Assembly (NCBI GenBank): GCA_964035575.1
Contig: OZ037844.1
Coordinates: forward strand, 1,550,001 to 1,614,000
Direction: 5' to 3'
Origin: Rhynchopus sp. YZ270_cl-10
Taxonomy: Eukaryota
DNA: 64,000 nucleotides
The position numbers were made by a program, and so were the translations under genes. Below the pieces are notes generated by a model. That model did no database searches, was not told the origin of the DNA, and saw only the letters and a list, made by a program, of their open reading frames with translations. Numbering within the stretch: the first letter of the stretch is position 1; each line of letters begins with the position of its first letter. Shown in pieces: positions 37,403-48,059 of the stretch.

Positions 37403-40400
37403 ATGCGATGTGTGCACGCACTCTCACTTCTCTGCGTTGCGTTCGGTGCCCCTGTCCCACCCGAGCACTACCATTCGTACACACCTGACCCTGGGGTGGA
37501 GGTGAGTGGCCTCTGTGAGCGTAGTGGACACCTCGTCTTGGGCATGGCGGGGAAGATCCAGCAGCTTCGTTTCGACAATCCCTTGAAGCAGGTCGTGCAC
37601 GCAGGTGAGAAGGTGTTTGCAGACGTGGTGTCGTGGGTGCTGAGCAATGACGACGCTAACACGAACGGCGTGCTCACACTCATGACAACACCGACGGGAC
37701 TCAAGTACGCAAAGCTGTACACCCAGCAGCCAACGGCCCTGTTCACAGGCTCTGTCAAAATCCTGACAGGCTCCCCAAATGTGCGTTGCTCCAAAATAGA
37801 CCAGCACAAAAGCAACAGAGACTGGATGTATATGTGCTGTGATACACCTGTGCTCTACATTGGTCACGTATCATCCGGTGCACAAACAACAGTGGCACTC
37901 CCAGGGAACTGTGTCGACACGACGTATGACTCGAACAACCAGCGTCTGTACGTGGCACACCCAACTGGTGTGGTTGTGTATGATGCAGCAACGCCAAATG
38001 CATTAGTGGAGTTGCCTGCAAGAAACTTTGCGAAGGTGGGCATCGTGACGTTGCGGTACTTCAAAGACGACAACTTTCTGCTCATGTTTGCCGAAAGCCC
38101 AACATCGCCTGGTCAGACATCTGTGCAGACGTTTCCGCCCGACGGGACAGCGTACAATGACGAGATCAGCATTGGTGCTGCGTCACGGCTTGGGTGTATC
38201 AAAGGCTCAGCTGCAGTCGTCTACGACCAGACAGACACATACCGGTACAAGGCTGCAGCTTCTCTGGTAAACAAAGGTGCGATGCCAGGAGGTGTGTGGC
38301 AGGTGGGGCCTGGCACACCCACGATGTCGTGCATCTACTGTGAGACGAAGTGGCTGTTCTACATGTCGTACGACACACTGCATGTGTACTCCACTGACCC
38401 TTTGGTCGTGGCAGCTTGGACAGACGCTCCTCCCACGCAGGCACCACCAACTCCACTTCCACCACTGCCGACAACTGCACCTGCCACGTCTGCACCACTG
38501 ACACTTTCACCACCAACACCTGCACCTCTCACACCTGCCCCTGCCACACCTGCACCTCTCACACCATCTCCGCCGACGTCTTCACCCGCCACACTTGCTC
38601 CTGATACCTCTGCACCAGCGACACCATCGCCACCGACTCTTGCCCCTGCTACACCTGCACCTGACACACCATCACCACCAACACCTGCACCGCTGACGTC
38701 CTCACCACTGACATCTGCACCACTGACGTCTGCACCACTGACGTCCGCACCACTGACGTCCGCACCACTGACGTCCGCACCACTGACGTCCGCACCACTG
38801 ACGTCCGCACCACTGACGTCCGCACCACTGACGTCTGCACCACTGACATCTGCACCACTGACGTCCGCACCACTGACGTCTGCACCACTGACGTCCGCGC
38901 CACTTACGTCTGCACCACTGACATCTGCACCACTGACGTCCGCGCCACTTACGTCCGCACCACTGACGTCCGCACCACTGACGTCTGCACCACTGACGTC
39001 CGCACCACTGACGTCCGCACCACTGACGTCTGCACCACTGACGTCCGCGCCACTTACGTCTGCACCACTGACGTCCGCGCCACTTACGTCCGCACCACTG
39101 ACGTCTGCACCGCTGACGCCGCCACCTCTCACTTCTGTGCCTGCAACACCTGCACAGGTGACACTTACGCCCACGACATCTCCTGCAACAACTGTGCCAG
39201 TAACATCGTCACCACCTACATCTTCACCTGCAACACCTTCGCCACCAACGGTTGCACCCACAACCCCTTCACCCCCAACAACATCACCTGCGACACCATC
39301 ACCCCCAACACTCGCACCTGCCACACCTCTACCTGCAACATCTGCACCTGGGACTGCAGGACCTACCGCAGTGCCACTGACCCCTGCGCCTGCAACACCG
39401 TCGCCACCAACACTTGCACCTGTAACACCCGCACCAGCGACACCTCTCCCACAAACAGCAACGCCCACAACGTTGCCTGCCACCGCACTGCCTGCAGGCA
39501 CCACATTGGCACCACCGACACCTGCACCAACAACACTGCCCCCGCTGACGCTGTCGCCACCTACACTGGCACCACCAACACACGCGCCGCTAACAGCACT
39601 GCCACTCACACCCCTGCCACCGACCTCGCAGCCCTTGGCTTCTTCGGCACCAACAGATGCTGCTTCGCCAAGCAGCCTTGCTTCTGAGGAGTCTGTGGGT
39701 AGCAGTGACAGTGGCAATGGCAGTGGCAGTGGCAGTGGGAAGCTCGACTACGTACGTGCACACCACAGTGAAGACGTCGTGGAAGAAATGGAAATTGTAG
39801 GGGTCACAACAAAAGTGGTCTCCGGAGTGTCCAGTGCAGCGTCTGTCGTGTCCGGAGCCTCTGCCGGGTCAGCCCTTCGTCTTGCTGTGGTGGGGCAGCT
39901 GTGCAAGCTTGGCCAGCCGATGGAGGAAAGGACGTACCCACTGCTGCTGCACCCGACACAGTGGGTGCTGTTTGGGTCGCAAGCAGCTGGGGTTGTGGTG
40001 GGTAACTTTGTGATCACTGTCGCGTTCTGGTTTGTGATGTGCATTGTTGTGCAGGCCGTGTTCTACACTGGCTACTACAAGGGTATGGATGTCATGGGTC
40101 TGTGTGCATTCCCTTCGTCACCGCTGTTTGTGTTCCAGTTTCTCCTGCAAGGAACGGCACTTGGTGCGATGGCACTGCTGTTCTACCCACCGTCAACACC
40201 ACTCTTCCTGCTTGGCGCTGCGAGTCTTATGTTCTGCTGTGTTGTGCCGTTCTACGTGCTGTACTCTGTGTGCAACGGCGTTCCCCGGAAGGCGTACTAC
40301 CTGCACGACGTGGACGTGGACAGGAAGACGTGGCTGAGTGCACTGATCGGGCCTGGTGAGTGGGTGAGCAGGTTTGAGACGAACATGTGGTCGTACCGCT

Positions 40401-41125
40401 ACGCAGCAGTGGTGCGTCCGTACCGACAGGAGTGGGCGTGCTACTCGTTTGTTGAGATGGCGGCAAGTCTGACTGTGGCAGCTGTGGACAGCACGACTGC
40501 ACACAGCCTTGTTGCCTGTGGACACCAGAAGACGGGGAGTGCTGTGGTCTTCATTGTGCTTCTCGTTGCGGAGATATACGCGTGGCCACATGCACGTGCA
40601 CGTGACGGGTACATGCTGCCTGCGTTCCAATGCATGCAGGCGTCTGCACTGCTGCTTATGGCTACGGGGTACTACGTTGAGAACACAGACTACTGGACGT
40701 TTGGTGCGGCAGCCAAACTGCTTGTTGCGTGTGCAGGGGTGCTTGTCCTCAAGGTTGTGCTGGACGTGTGTTCTGAGGTTCACGTCTACTGCACAGGGCG
40801 CAGGGACAGGCTGCACGAGCTTGCACTGCAGCCGAAGGTTGATGTGGAGGTGCCGGCGACACCAGCGCTAGAGATAGTGCGGACGCCACCTGCCAGGCAC
40901 GTCTCTGACGTGCAGCTGTCGCACTACTCCTTCGTGTCGATGCCGAGCTCCTCCTGCCTGCACGCCGAATCCTTCGATGAGGTGTCTCTGCCTCCTGGCC
41001 GTGCCATGTCCAGAGGAATGTTGGACGTAGGTGTGCTGTCCACAGCAGACGCATCGTCACGCCACAGTGGCTACTTCGACATGCCGTACGAGAGCAGACG
41101 GCGGAATTCAAACTTCACTGTCTGA
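37403..41125 (+). CDS. Mucin-stalk multipass surface protein, paralogue 3, 1240 aa
   Basis: Same architecture; stalk contains a 15-bp (LTSAP)n minisatellite at ~38693-39115. Confidence 0.9.
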   Translation: MRCVHALSLLCVAFGAPVPPEHYHSYTPDPGVEVSGLCERSGHLVLGMAGKIQQLRFDNPLKQVVHAGEKVFADVVSWVLSNDDANTNGVLTLMTTPTGLKYAKLYTQQPTALFTGSVKILTGSPNVRCSKIDQHKSNRDWMYMCCDTPVLYIGHVSSGAQTTVALPGNCVDTTYDSNNQRLYVAHPTGVVVYDAATPNALVELPARNFAKVGIVTLRYFKDDNFLLMFAESPTSPGQTSVQTFPPDGTAYNDEISIGAASRLGCIKGSAAVVYDQTDTYRYKAAASLVNKGAMPGGVWQVGPGTPTMSCIYCETKWLFYMSYDTLHVYSTDPLVVAAWTDAPPTQAPPTPLPPLPTTAPATSAPLTLSPPTPAPLTPAPATPAPLTPSPPTSSPATLAPDTSAPATPSPPTLAPATPAPDTPSPPTPAPLTSSPLTSAPLTSAPLTSAPLTSAPLTSAPLTSAPLTSAPLTSAPLTSAPLTSAPLTSAPLTSAPLTSAPLTSAPLTSAPLTSAPLTSAPLTSAPLTSAPLTSAPLTSAPLTSAPLTSAPLTSAPLTSAPLTSAPLTSAPLTPPPLTSVPATPAQVTLTPTTSPATTVPVTSSPPTSSPATPSPPTVAPTTPSPPTTSPATPSPPTLAPATPLPATSAPGTAGPTAVPLTPAPATPSPPTLAPVTPAPATPLPQTATPTTLPATALPAGTTLAPPTPAPTTLPPLTLSPPTLAPPTHAPLTALPLTPLPPTSQPLASSAPTDAASPSSLASEESVGSSDSGNGSGSGSGKLDYVRAHHSEDVVEEMEIVGVTTKVVSGVSSAASVVSGASAGSALRLAVVGQLCKLGQPMEERTYPLLLHPTQWVLFGSQAAGVVVGNFVITVAFWFVMCIVVQAVFYTGYYKGMDVMGLCAFPSSPLFVFQFLLQGTALGAMALLFYPPSTPLFLLGAASLMFCCVVPFYVLYSVCNGVPRKAYYLHDVDVDRKTWLSALIGPGEWVSRFETNMWSYRYAAVVRPYRQEWACYSFVEMAASLTVAAVDSTTAHSLVACGHQKTGSAVVFIVLLVAEIYAWPHARARDGYMLPAFQCMQASALLLMATGYYVENTDYWTFGAAAKLLVACAGVLVLKVVLDVCSEVHVYCTGRRDRLHELALQPKVDVEVPATPALEIVRTPPARHVSDVQLSHYSFVSMPSSSCLHAESFDEVSLPPGRAMSRGMLDVGVLSTADASSRHSGYFDMPYESRRRNSNFTV

Positions 41126-41725
41126 ACACATAGCTTATGGGTGGTCGTTTTTGCCACGTCAAGCAGGTCTCATCTGATATGCATGTACACATATGTTTCG
41201 TGCACACTATGCGAATTTGACCTACTAACGGGCATTGGGGTTTCCATTCCCTTCTGTGCCGTCTGGTGCAATACCCTAGGTGCATGGACTCATTTCCCAT
41301 TTCTCATTTCTGAAGGCTGTGATTGGTCCTTTGCGCATGCAAAGGTGTGTCCCCCCTATAATCTGTTATTGCGAACGTTTCTTTTACTAATGTATGTGGG
41401 GTAAGCGCGCTTGGGCAAGGATCTTGTTTTCCCGTTCTCTTTGCAAACCCCGCTTCCTCAATTTAGCTCTCTATAAATTTTTGTCATTCCATCAGATCTA
41501 TTTTGTGGCGTGCAAGAAACACTCGCGATTTTGTTTTTTGTTTTTTTGTTTTTTTGTTTTCCTTGGTGGCTGTGGTCCGGAATCTGTTACACCTTTGGGT
41601 TACGGTGTGCCGCCTGACGTCCATGCAAAAAATCCCTCAGAGAGGGTAAGACCCAACTGTCGGTCCAGCATGGGACGCCAAGAGACGTTGTGCCCACCTG
41701 CTCTCTTGTCTCCAGAATCGTTCAC

Positions 41726-41921
41726 TAAGCATTGGGTGAAGCGGACGGGGGTACCTTTAAGCTCATAACTCAACGGAAAGTAGACGTACGCCCCCTCGTT
41801 CACACTACGGTACGAGTAACCCATTAGGTTGCCTTGTAACAACTTGTGTTGTTGGTCGCAGGGTATTTTGTGCTTTCATCCGGATATCGTGCATCGTACG
41901 TGGGTGCCTGCATCAATAACT
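41726..41921 (+). repeat. ~200-bp diverged repeat ending in a family-B hairpin; second copy 47325-47537
   Basis: Shared TAAGC.TTGGGTGAAGCG.ACGGG.GTACCT, CGTTCACACTACG and TGTTGTTGG.CGCAGGGTA blocks in order. Confidence 0.75.
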
Positions 41922-42310
41922 ACCATTTTTTTTTTTTTTTTTGTTTTCACTGCGTCGGAGATTTTGTCTTTTACCATAAAGCAGAGCATACGTTACGTGA
42001 TCAGGTTTTGGCTGTCTCTGACCAGTACAATAGAAAATTGCGGGCCAGAAGTGCTTTTTTTTTAACCCGGATTATTTCCCCATTATTCCCTTAGTAAAGT
42101 ACCCAGATCACATATGGAAAGGAGTTTGTGCGGTCGGGTATGTTGGTCTTTCTCACCTTTTTTTTCCCTTGTTCTTTTGGTGGCTAAGCATAACAACTTC
42201 GAATTTCTCCCCCCCTTTCCCCCTTATCTTGTATGGTCAGCTTTTTTGCGTGCGTACGTTTGTCTCTTTTACTTTTACCTTTTTTCTTTTTCTTTTTCTT
42301 TTCTTTTTTT

Positions 42311-43049
42311 GGTGTGGCTGAAACCAGCAAATTTCACTGCTAAAGAACTGCTAACAAACTGCTAAATAATACCCTTTTTTTAGGGGTGGTGTATAAAAAC
42401 ATTTTTTTACCTTGGTTTTTCCACTCCCCCTGTTGGCGCGCCTCCACTCTTGCATACCCATGTGTGACCCCACCGTTGAACGCAATCGACTCGCTGAGTC
42501 AAAAGAACGCACAGAACGGGGCTGGTAAAAATCACGAAAAACGCGTACCGTGCGCCTGCGGCGCCCACAACGTGAGTTTTTCCCCTGAGTATACTGTGTA
42601 TACTGTGTATACTGTGTATACTGTGTATACTGTGTATACTGTGTATACTGTGTATACTGTGTATACTGTGTATACTGTGTATACTGTGTATACTGTGTAT
42701 ACTGTGTATACTGTGTATACTGTGTATACTGTGTATACTGTGTATACTGTGTATACTGTGTATACTGTGTATACTGTGTATACTGTGTATACTGTGTATA
42801 CTGTGTATACTGCGGAAATTGACCAAAAACGAGAACTTGTCCATTTCGGCGAATTGACCCCACCACTGGCCGGACGGATTCCGGAAATGCAAATGCCGGC
42901 GTTAAAAAGCTCACCAACGAAAAAAAAAAAAAATTTTTCCAACACCCGTGGGGAAAAAATTTTTTATACACCACCCCCCCAAAAATGCATGCTAACAAAG
43001 TGCTAACAAACTGCTAAATAATACCCTTTTTTTTGGGTTCAGCCACACC
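42311..43049. mobile_element. GGTGTGGCTGAA-TIR element carrying a (TATACTGTG)n array (42589-42812, ~25 units)
   Basis: GGTGTGGCTGAA...TTCAGCCACACC; subterminal TGCTAA repeats. Confidence 0.8.
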
Positions 43050-43297
43050 ATTTTTTCTTTTTTTTTTCTTCTTCTTTTTGTGAACACACTCATGCTTCTG
43101 TTCGCCCTGAGCAGATGGTACATGAATTCCTTTTAGAAAGATGTGTAAACACGCGAGGCAAATTCTCTCAACTCTTTAATCTGCCTCTACCCATGACCGA
43201 TGGGGCGTTTGCACTTTCAACTCTCCCCCCAGGTCCCCTTGGGAAGATCGACTAAGCACGAGAGGATTAGGTTCTTCTCATATTTGTGTGTATTTTT

Positions 43298-44440
43298 CAT
43301 AGATGGTAGTCGGGCCGACTCGGGCCGACCACTTTTCGTTATTTTTTTTTTCAAAAATTTTTTTTTCAGGGTCGGGCCGAGTCGAAAAAACTCGGCCCGA
43401 CTCAAAAAAAAGTCGGCCCGAGTCGGGCCGAGTCGAATTTTTTTTGGTTTTTTTTTTTGTTTTGTTTTTTTTTGGCTTTTTTTTTTTTGGAAAAGATTTT
43501 ACTGTGGGGGGGCCGACGGGACCCGAGTCGGGCCGACTCGGGCTGACTCGGGCCGAGTTTTTTTTTCGACTCGGGCCGACTTTTTTTTAAAAAAAAAATT
43601 TTTTTTTCGACTCGGCCCGAGTCGGCCCGACCAGGGTCCTCAAGGGGGTGCAAAAAAAATTTTTTGCACCCAAAAAAAAAAAAATAAAAAATTCGGGGGG
43701 TGCAAAAAATATTTTTGCACCCCCCAAAAAAAAAGTTTTTTTGGGGCGAAAAAATTTTTTTGAGGGGGTATTTCAGGCTTCAGCAGGGATTCTCTGGCAT
43801 TTCGTCAGCACCACAACGGACACAGCCAAGCACCACTCGGTGGCTGTCACACTCACAATGTGTGAAAGTGGTGCCAGGGATGCACCCTGCGATTGTCGCC
43901 ACCTTTAGCAGTTCCAGGAAAGCAAGCGAAGTGATTATGTGGAAGTGTATTTCGTTTTATGCATGGGTACTGAGTATAATTTTCCGCGCTGCGCTCGCGG
44001 AGGTACACCTTAAAAATTTTTTCCGCTCGCTTCGCTCGCGGAAAGACACCCCAAATGTGAAATAAAAAAACGGGCGCAGGAAAATTTTTTGGAGCCTCCC
44101 ACGATTTCACAAAAACCCAAAAAAAAAATAGCGTCAGGCCCTGGTTTCCCCATTTTCCCGTGAATTTTCACACCTCTTCCAACTTTGTCAGGGAGGAGCG
44201 CGCGCGAAGCGCGCGCGACGACCGCTTGTGTGGGGGAGAAAGCTCGGAATAGACTTTTCTGAAGGGTTTTGTACAGAAAAAAATTTGCACCCCTAAAATT
44301 CCCAGAGGGGGGTGCAGGCTGAGGACCCTGGGCCCGACTTTTGAAAAAAAAAAAAAAAAAAAAAAAAAAGTCGGCCCGAGTCGGCCCGACTCCCAGATTT
44401 TCCAAAAACTCGGCCCGACTCGGGCCGACTACCATCTATG
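43298..44440. mobile_element. Non-autonomous TIR element with TCGG(G/C)CCGA palindromic subterminal repeats
   Basis: 16-bp TIR CATAGATGGTAGTCGG / CCGACTACCATCTATG. Confidence 0.8.
43632..44330. mobile_element. Nested hAT-like non-autonomous element
   Basis: CAGGGTCCTCA...TGAGGACCCTG termini with perfect 8-bp TSD GGCCCGAC (43624-43631, 44331-44338). Confidence 0.85.
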
Positions 44441-47400
44441 ATTTTTTTTATATAGGAAACTTCTTGTCCTTCTTGTCTTCCCTCCCCCTGAACACCGTTC
44501 CTTCCCTCACGTCTATTAGATGTGGTGTGCACGAGAGGCACGCTCATCTTTCAAGTTTTTTTTTTTTTTTTGTTTTATTCCTTCAGTGGCTTCTGCTAGA
44601 GCGTGGCGGGGGAGAACGGTGTCCCAGGCATTTGGGGTAGGCTTTCATTTATCCAGAACGAAAAAAAAAAACAGCGAATTTTTATTTTTTAAAAACGGAC
44701 AGTGGAGACTTGTACAGGTGGCAACTACACTATTCCAACAATTTTTCAAAAAAGAAAAAAAGAAAAATTCTTTTAAAAAATACAGAAGTCATCTTCATCT
44801 CCTCTCCCCTTCTTTTGCTTGCATCGTCCAGGGGAGGCATTTTTACATCCCCTTTATCCATTGACTACTCTCTCTCTCCTGCTCTGTTTTTTTACTTTTG
44901 TCGGGGGGGTCTCTAGTCCATTTGCGCACTTTTTGTATTTCAAGTCATCCCTTCTACACATCATTGGCGCATGTGGACTTGAGCCCACCGTTATCGACTC
45001 TTTATTCATCGCGTTACATCATGCTCATGCGCGAACACTACATTCGTGCGTGCAAAATATTACAAAAAAAACTCAGGTCTGCGGATGTGGTAATATCCCA
45101 GGCAAAAGCCCTTAGTGCAAATTACACACAACAGCCGATGCGGTCGCATCATTCCAATAATGATTGTGACCTGGTGAGAAGCAGCTCTGCATTGATACCT
45201 TCACTTTCTGTTGAACACAGTTCATCTTAGTTACAAAACCGACCTTCCCTTTCTTTGTGACTAAGCACGAGAGGCTTAGGTTCTGGTCCCGATTTTTTAA
45301 TTTTTTTGGTATTTTAAACTGTGGTGTTGTGATATTCTTGTCTTGTCCTTCTCCTTTTTCAAGGCGAATAGGCGCGTGTGGACGCCTGGGTGTACCTTGC
45401 AAAAAGGAAAAAAAAAAAAAAAAAAAACGTTTTTGTCTTCTTTTTGAACTGAGTTGTGCAGTGTGGCACATTCATTTTTTATCAAAAGGTTCTTAGGTCG
45501 AAACTTTCCTCCCCTTTTTTTACAATTTTTTATTTTGCTTTTTTTCTCGTATTTCACGATTGATTCCTTTTTTAGGATATCTGCATCCATTGGGGTTTCA
45601 TCAAAATGCATAAATTTCAAAGAACGTAGTAGGCGTGGACTGCCTATGTCTAACACCACTCTACCTGTGCTTGGCAATGTGGCATGGCAACTTCTTAGAA
45701 TCTAGCATGTTCTTACGCATTGCGAAAAAAGTCACTTTTGTCGACGTTTATCAGTTCCTTTTTCCATTGTTTAAACGGTATTTTTTAGATGCGTGATTTT
45801 TTCCCCCAACCTTTCTTACTGTAGGGTCAACACTCAGGATGGTGAGGTATAGTATTGACGGGGTAAAGGGTGCAAAAACCGGATTTTGGGGAAAATTTTG
45901 GCTGGTGCTTACGGAAATCGGTCAATCCCCCACCCCCCGCGGAGAACCAATTATTTTTATTTCTTTTCTGAAAAGTCAAATTTTGGGTAATTCCTGCACG
46001 GTAACATCGCCCGTTGTTGTGCGTTGGTCTTTGCCTTTGTGTTATGTATGCATCAAAAACGTTCATTCGACTTTTTTTTTTGTTTGATTTTTTCCCCCCA
46101 ATTCCCCTCATCGCTTTTCGAAGCAACGATAGAAAATAAATGTTATGTGCTCTACTCTCTAGCTTTCTGTTTTCCAGACAAAAGCTGATAAACGTACTTT
46201 GATGAGGGAACGTGGAATAAAGTTTTCTGCCACCATCCCGCTAGTCCAACCAAATTGGCTAGGGGGGATTGTTGACACAAATAGTCCATGTTCCCAATAT
46301 CAATACGGTTTGACTTAGTCGACCCACGCGATAGATGAAAGAAGATCTGTAAGTGTTCTCTGGCTAAGTGAGGTGCTGATCGGGCAGCGCAACATTTTAA
46401 ACCCCATTTTTTGTTTTGTTTTTCGCGATTCCTTTTTTCCCCCCGTTCGTTACGATTTTTTTTAAACTCCTTTCGACACAATACTGTATCCCGAGGAAAG
46501 TTAAGGCAACCCCGGTAATCACGCAGAACAACAAATTAAGGTTTATCGTTGCTTACCTTTTCTAGGTTACGGTGTTTTGACACCTTCGACTTCACGTTCG
46601 TTCAGATGGGAGCGCATATTTATTAGTTTAGTTTTTTTTTTTTGGTCTAAGTTTGCGTGCCACGAGGCGTGCACAACGTTGTCCCCCACTCCCCATTTCT
46701 TTTAGATCTGTCTCAGCACGACAGAAGCACACGAGGTTTTCCGAGGTCAGCATCTTACCACCCTGCAGGACTGCACGGTTCGGGTCCACTCACGGCGTAC
46801 ACCAACACAGCGGCGTCAGGGGGACTACTAGTGGAACCATCTTAAAAAACTAGTCATTTGGTCACCCTGACCAGTCCGCGCGTGAAGGTGTGCTGTTCAC
46901 GAGAGGGCTTTTTTCCGTCTTCCGTTGACACCTGATCTTTTTTTTCATTCTGAAAGAGTTCAGTTCGTGCGATCTTTTTGTTTTTTTGTTTTGTTTTGTT
47001 TTTCACTCTCATATCTTGTCCTTATCTTAGCTCAGACGGAGACACAATTTGGGGAGATTTTGTTAGGTTTTGTGCCATATTCTTCTCCCCTCACCGGGCG
47101 GAAGCAGGGCTTAGGAACCACGTCAGATATTTCCCCTCACTCCGGGTGCTTCATTTCGAACGGGAAGGTGCGCTAAGCTAGGCGAGAGGCTTAGGACCAC
47201 CTTGCTCAGAGCAATATTAGGTGATCGCTTTTTATTTTATTTTGTGTTTTTTATATTTCACCTCCACTTTTTTTTCCACCAATTCTCTCCACCCCCTGCC
47301 TTATTCTGTGTTTCCTTTTTCTTTTAAGCGTTGGGTGAAGCGAACGGGAGTACCTGCAAGCTTCGCCACTCTTCAGCAGAAGGTGGGTTGTGCACCTGCC

Positions 47401-48059
47401 CCGTTCACACTACGCCACCGGTGCCCCATTGGGCTTCCTTTTTACATCTTCTGTTGTTGGCCGCAGGGTACTTTGAGCCTTCATCTGCGGAGGGCTGACA
47501 TCGCGGGTCAGTCAACCGGTAATGCAATCCAACAACTCTTCTTCTGTTTAAAAGATGTGTTTTGCACGAAAGGCACATTCATTTCAACTTTACTGTTTAT
47601 AAAGCTCAAAAGCAAAAGCCCATTCTTCCCTTTCTTTGAACACAACACCCCTGATGTCCCCTTGTCAAGCCGGCTACCAGGACCTGGAGATACGGAGACA
47701 CCTGCATCCTATGATAGGATCTACACCTTTTTTCTGCAGTGTAGTCGTTTCGTTGTGGCCACAGACTCCCATCGTCCTGGGGAACTTCTATCGTAGTGTG
47801 TGTGTGTGTGGGCACAGCGTTCTTGAGGTTGTTCCAGGTGTCCAGGTGATGCGATTCGATCGTCGGAACCATGCAGTAGAGTAATCCCTTGGCAATGTCT
47901 GCTTGTCTGACCGACTGCCATGTGTTGCGGCAGAAACTGCCCACATCTCCACATCTGTTTTCAAAGGATATTTTTTTTGGTTTTGTAAAAAAAACACCTC
48001 ATAACAGCATTACACTCCACCATATCCAGACACAGCGCATCCTGAAGGTGCGTGCAGGC

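Noticed and set aside
43850..43880. GTGGTGCCAGGG resembling the ingi/L1Tc 77-nt signature
   Set aside because: 12-nt match only; remaining ribozyme helices absent; lies in a hAT-like element
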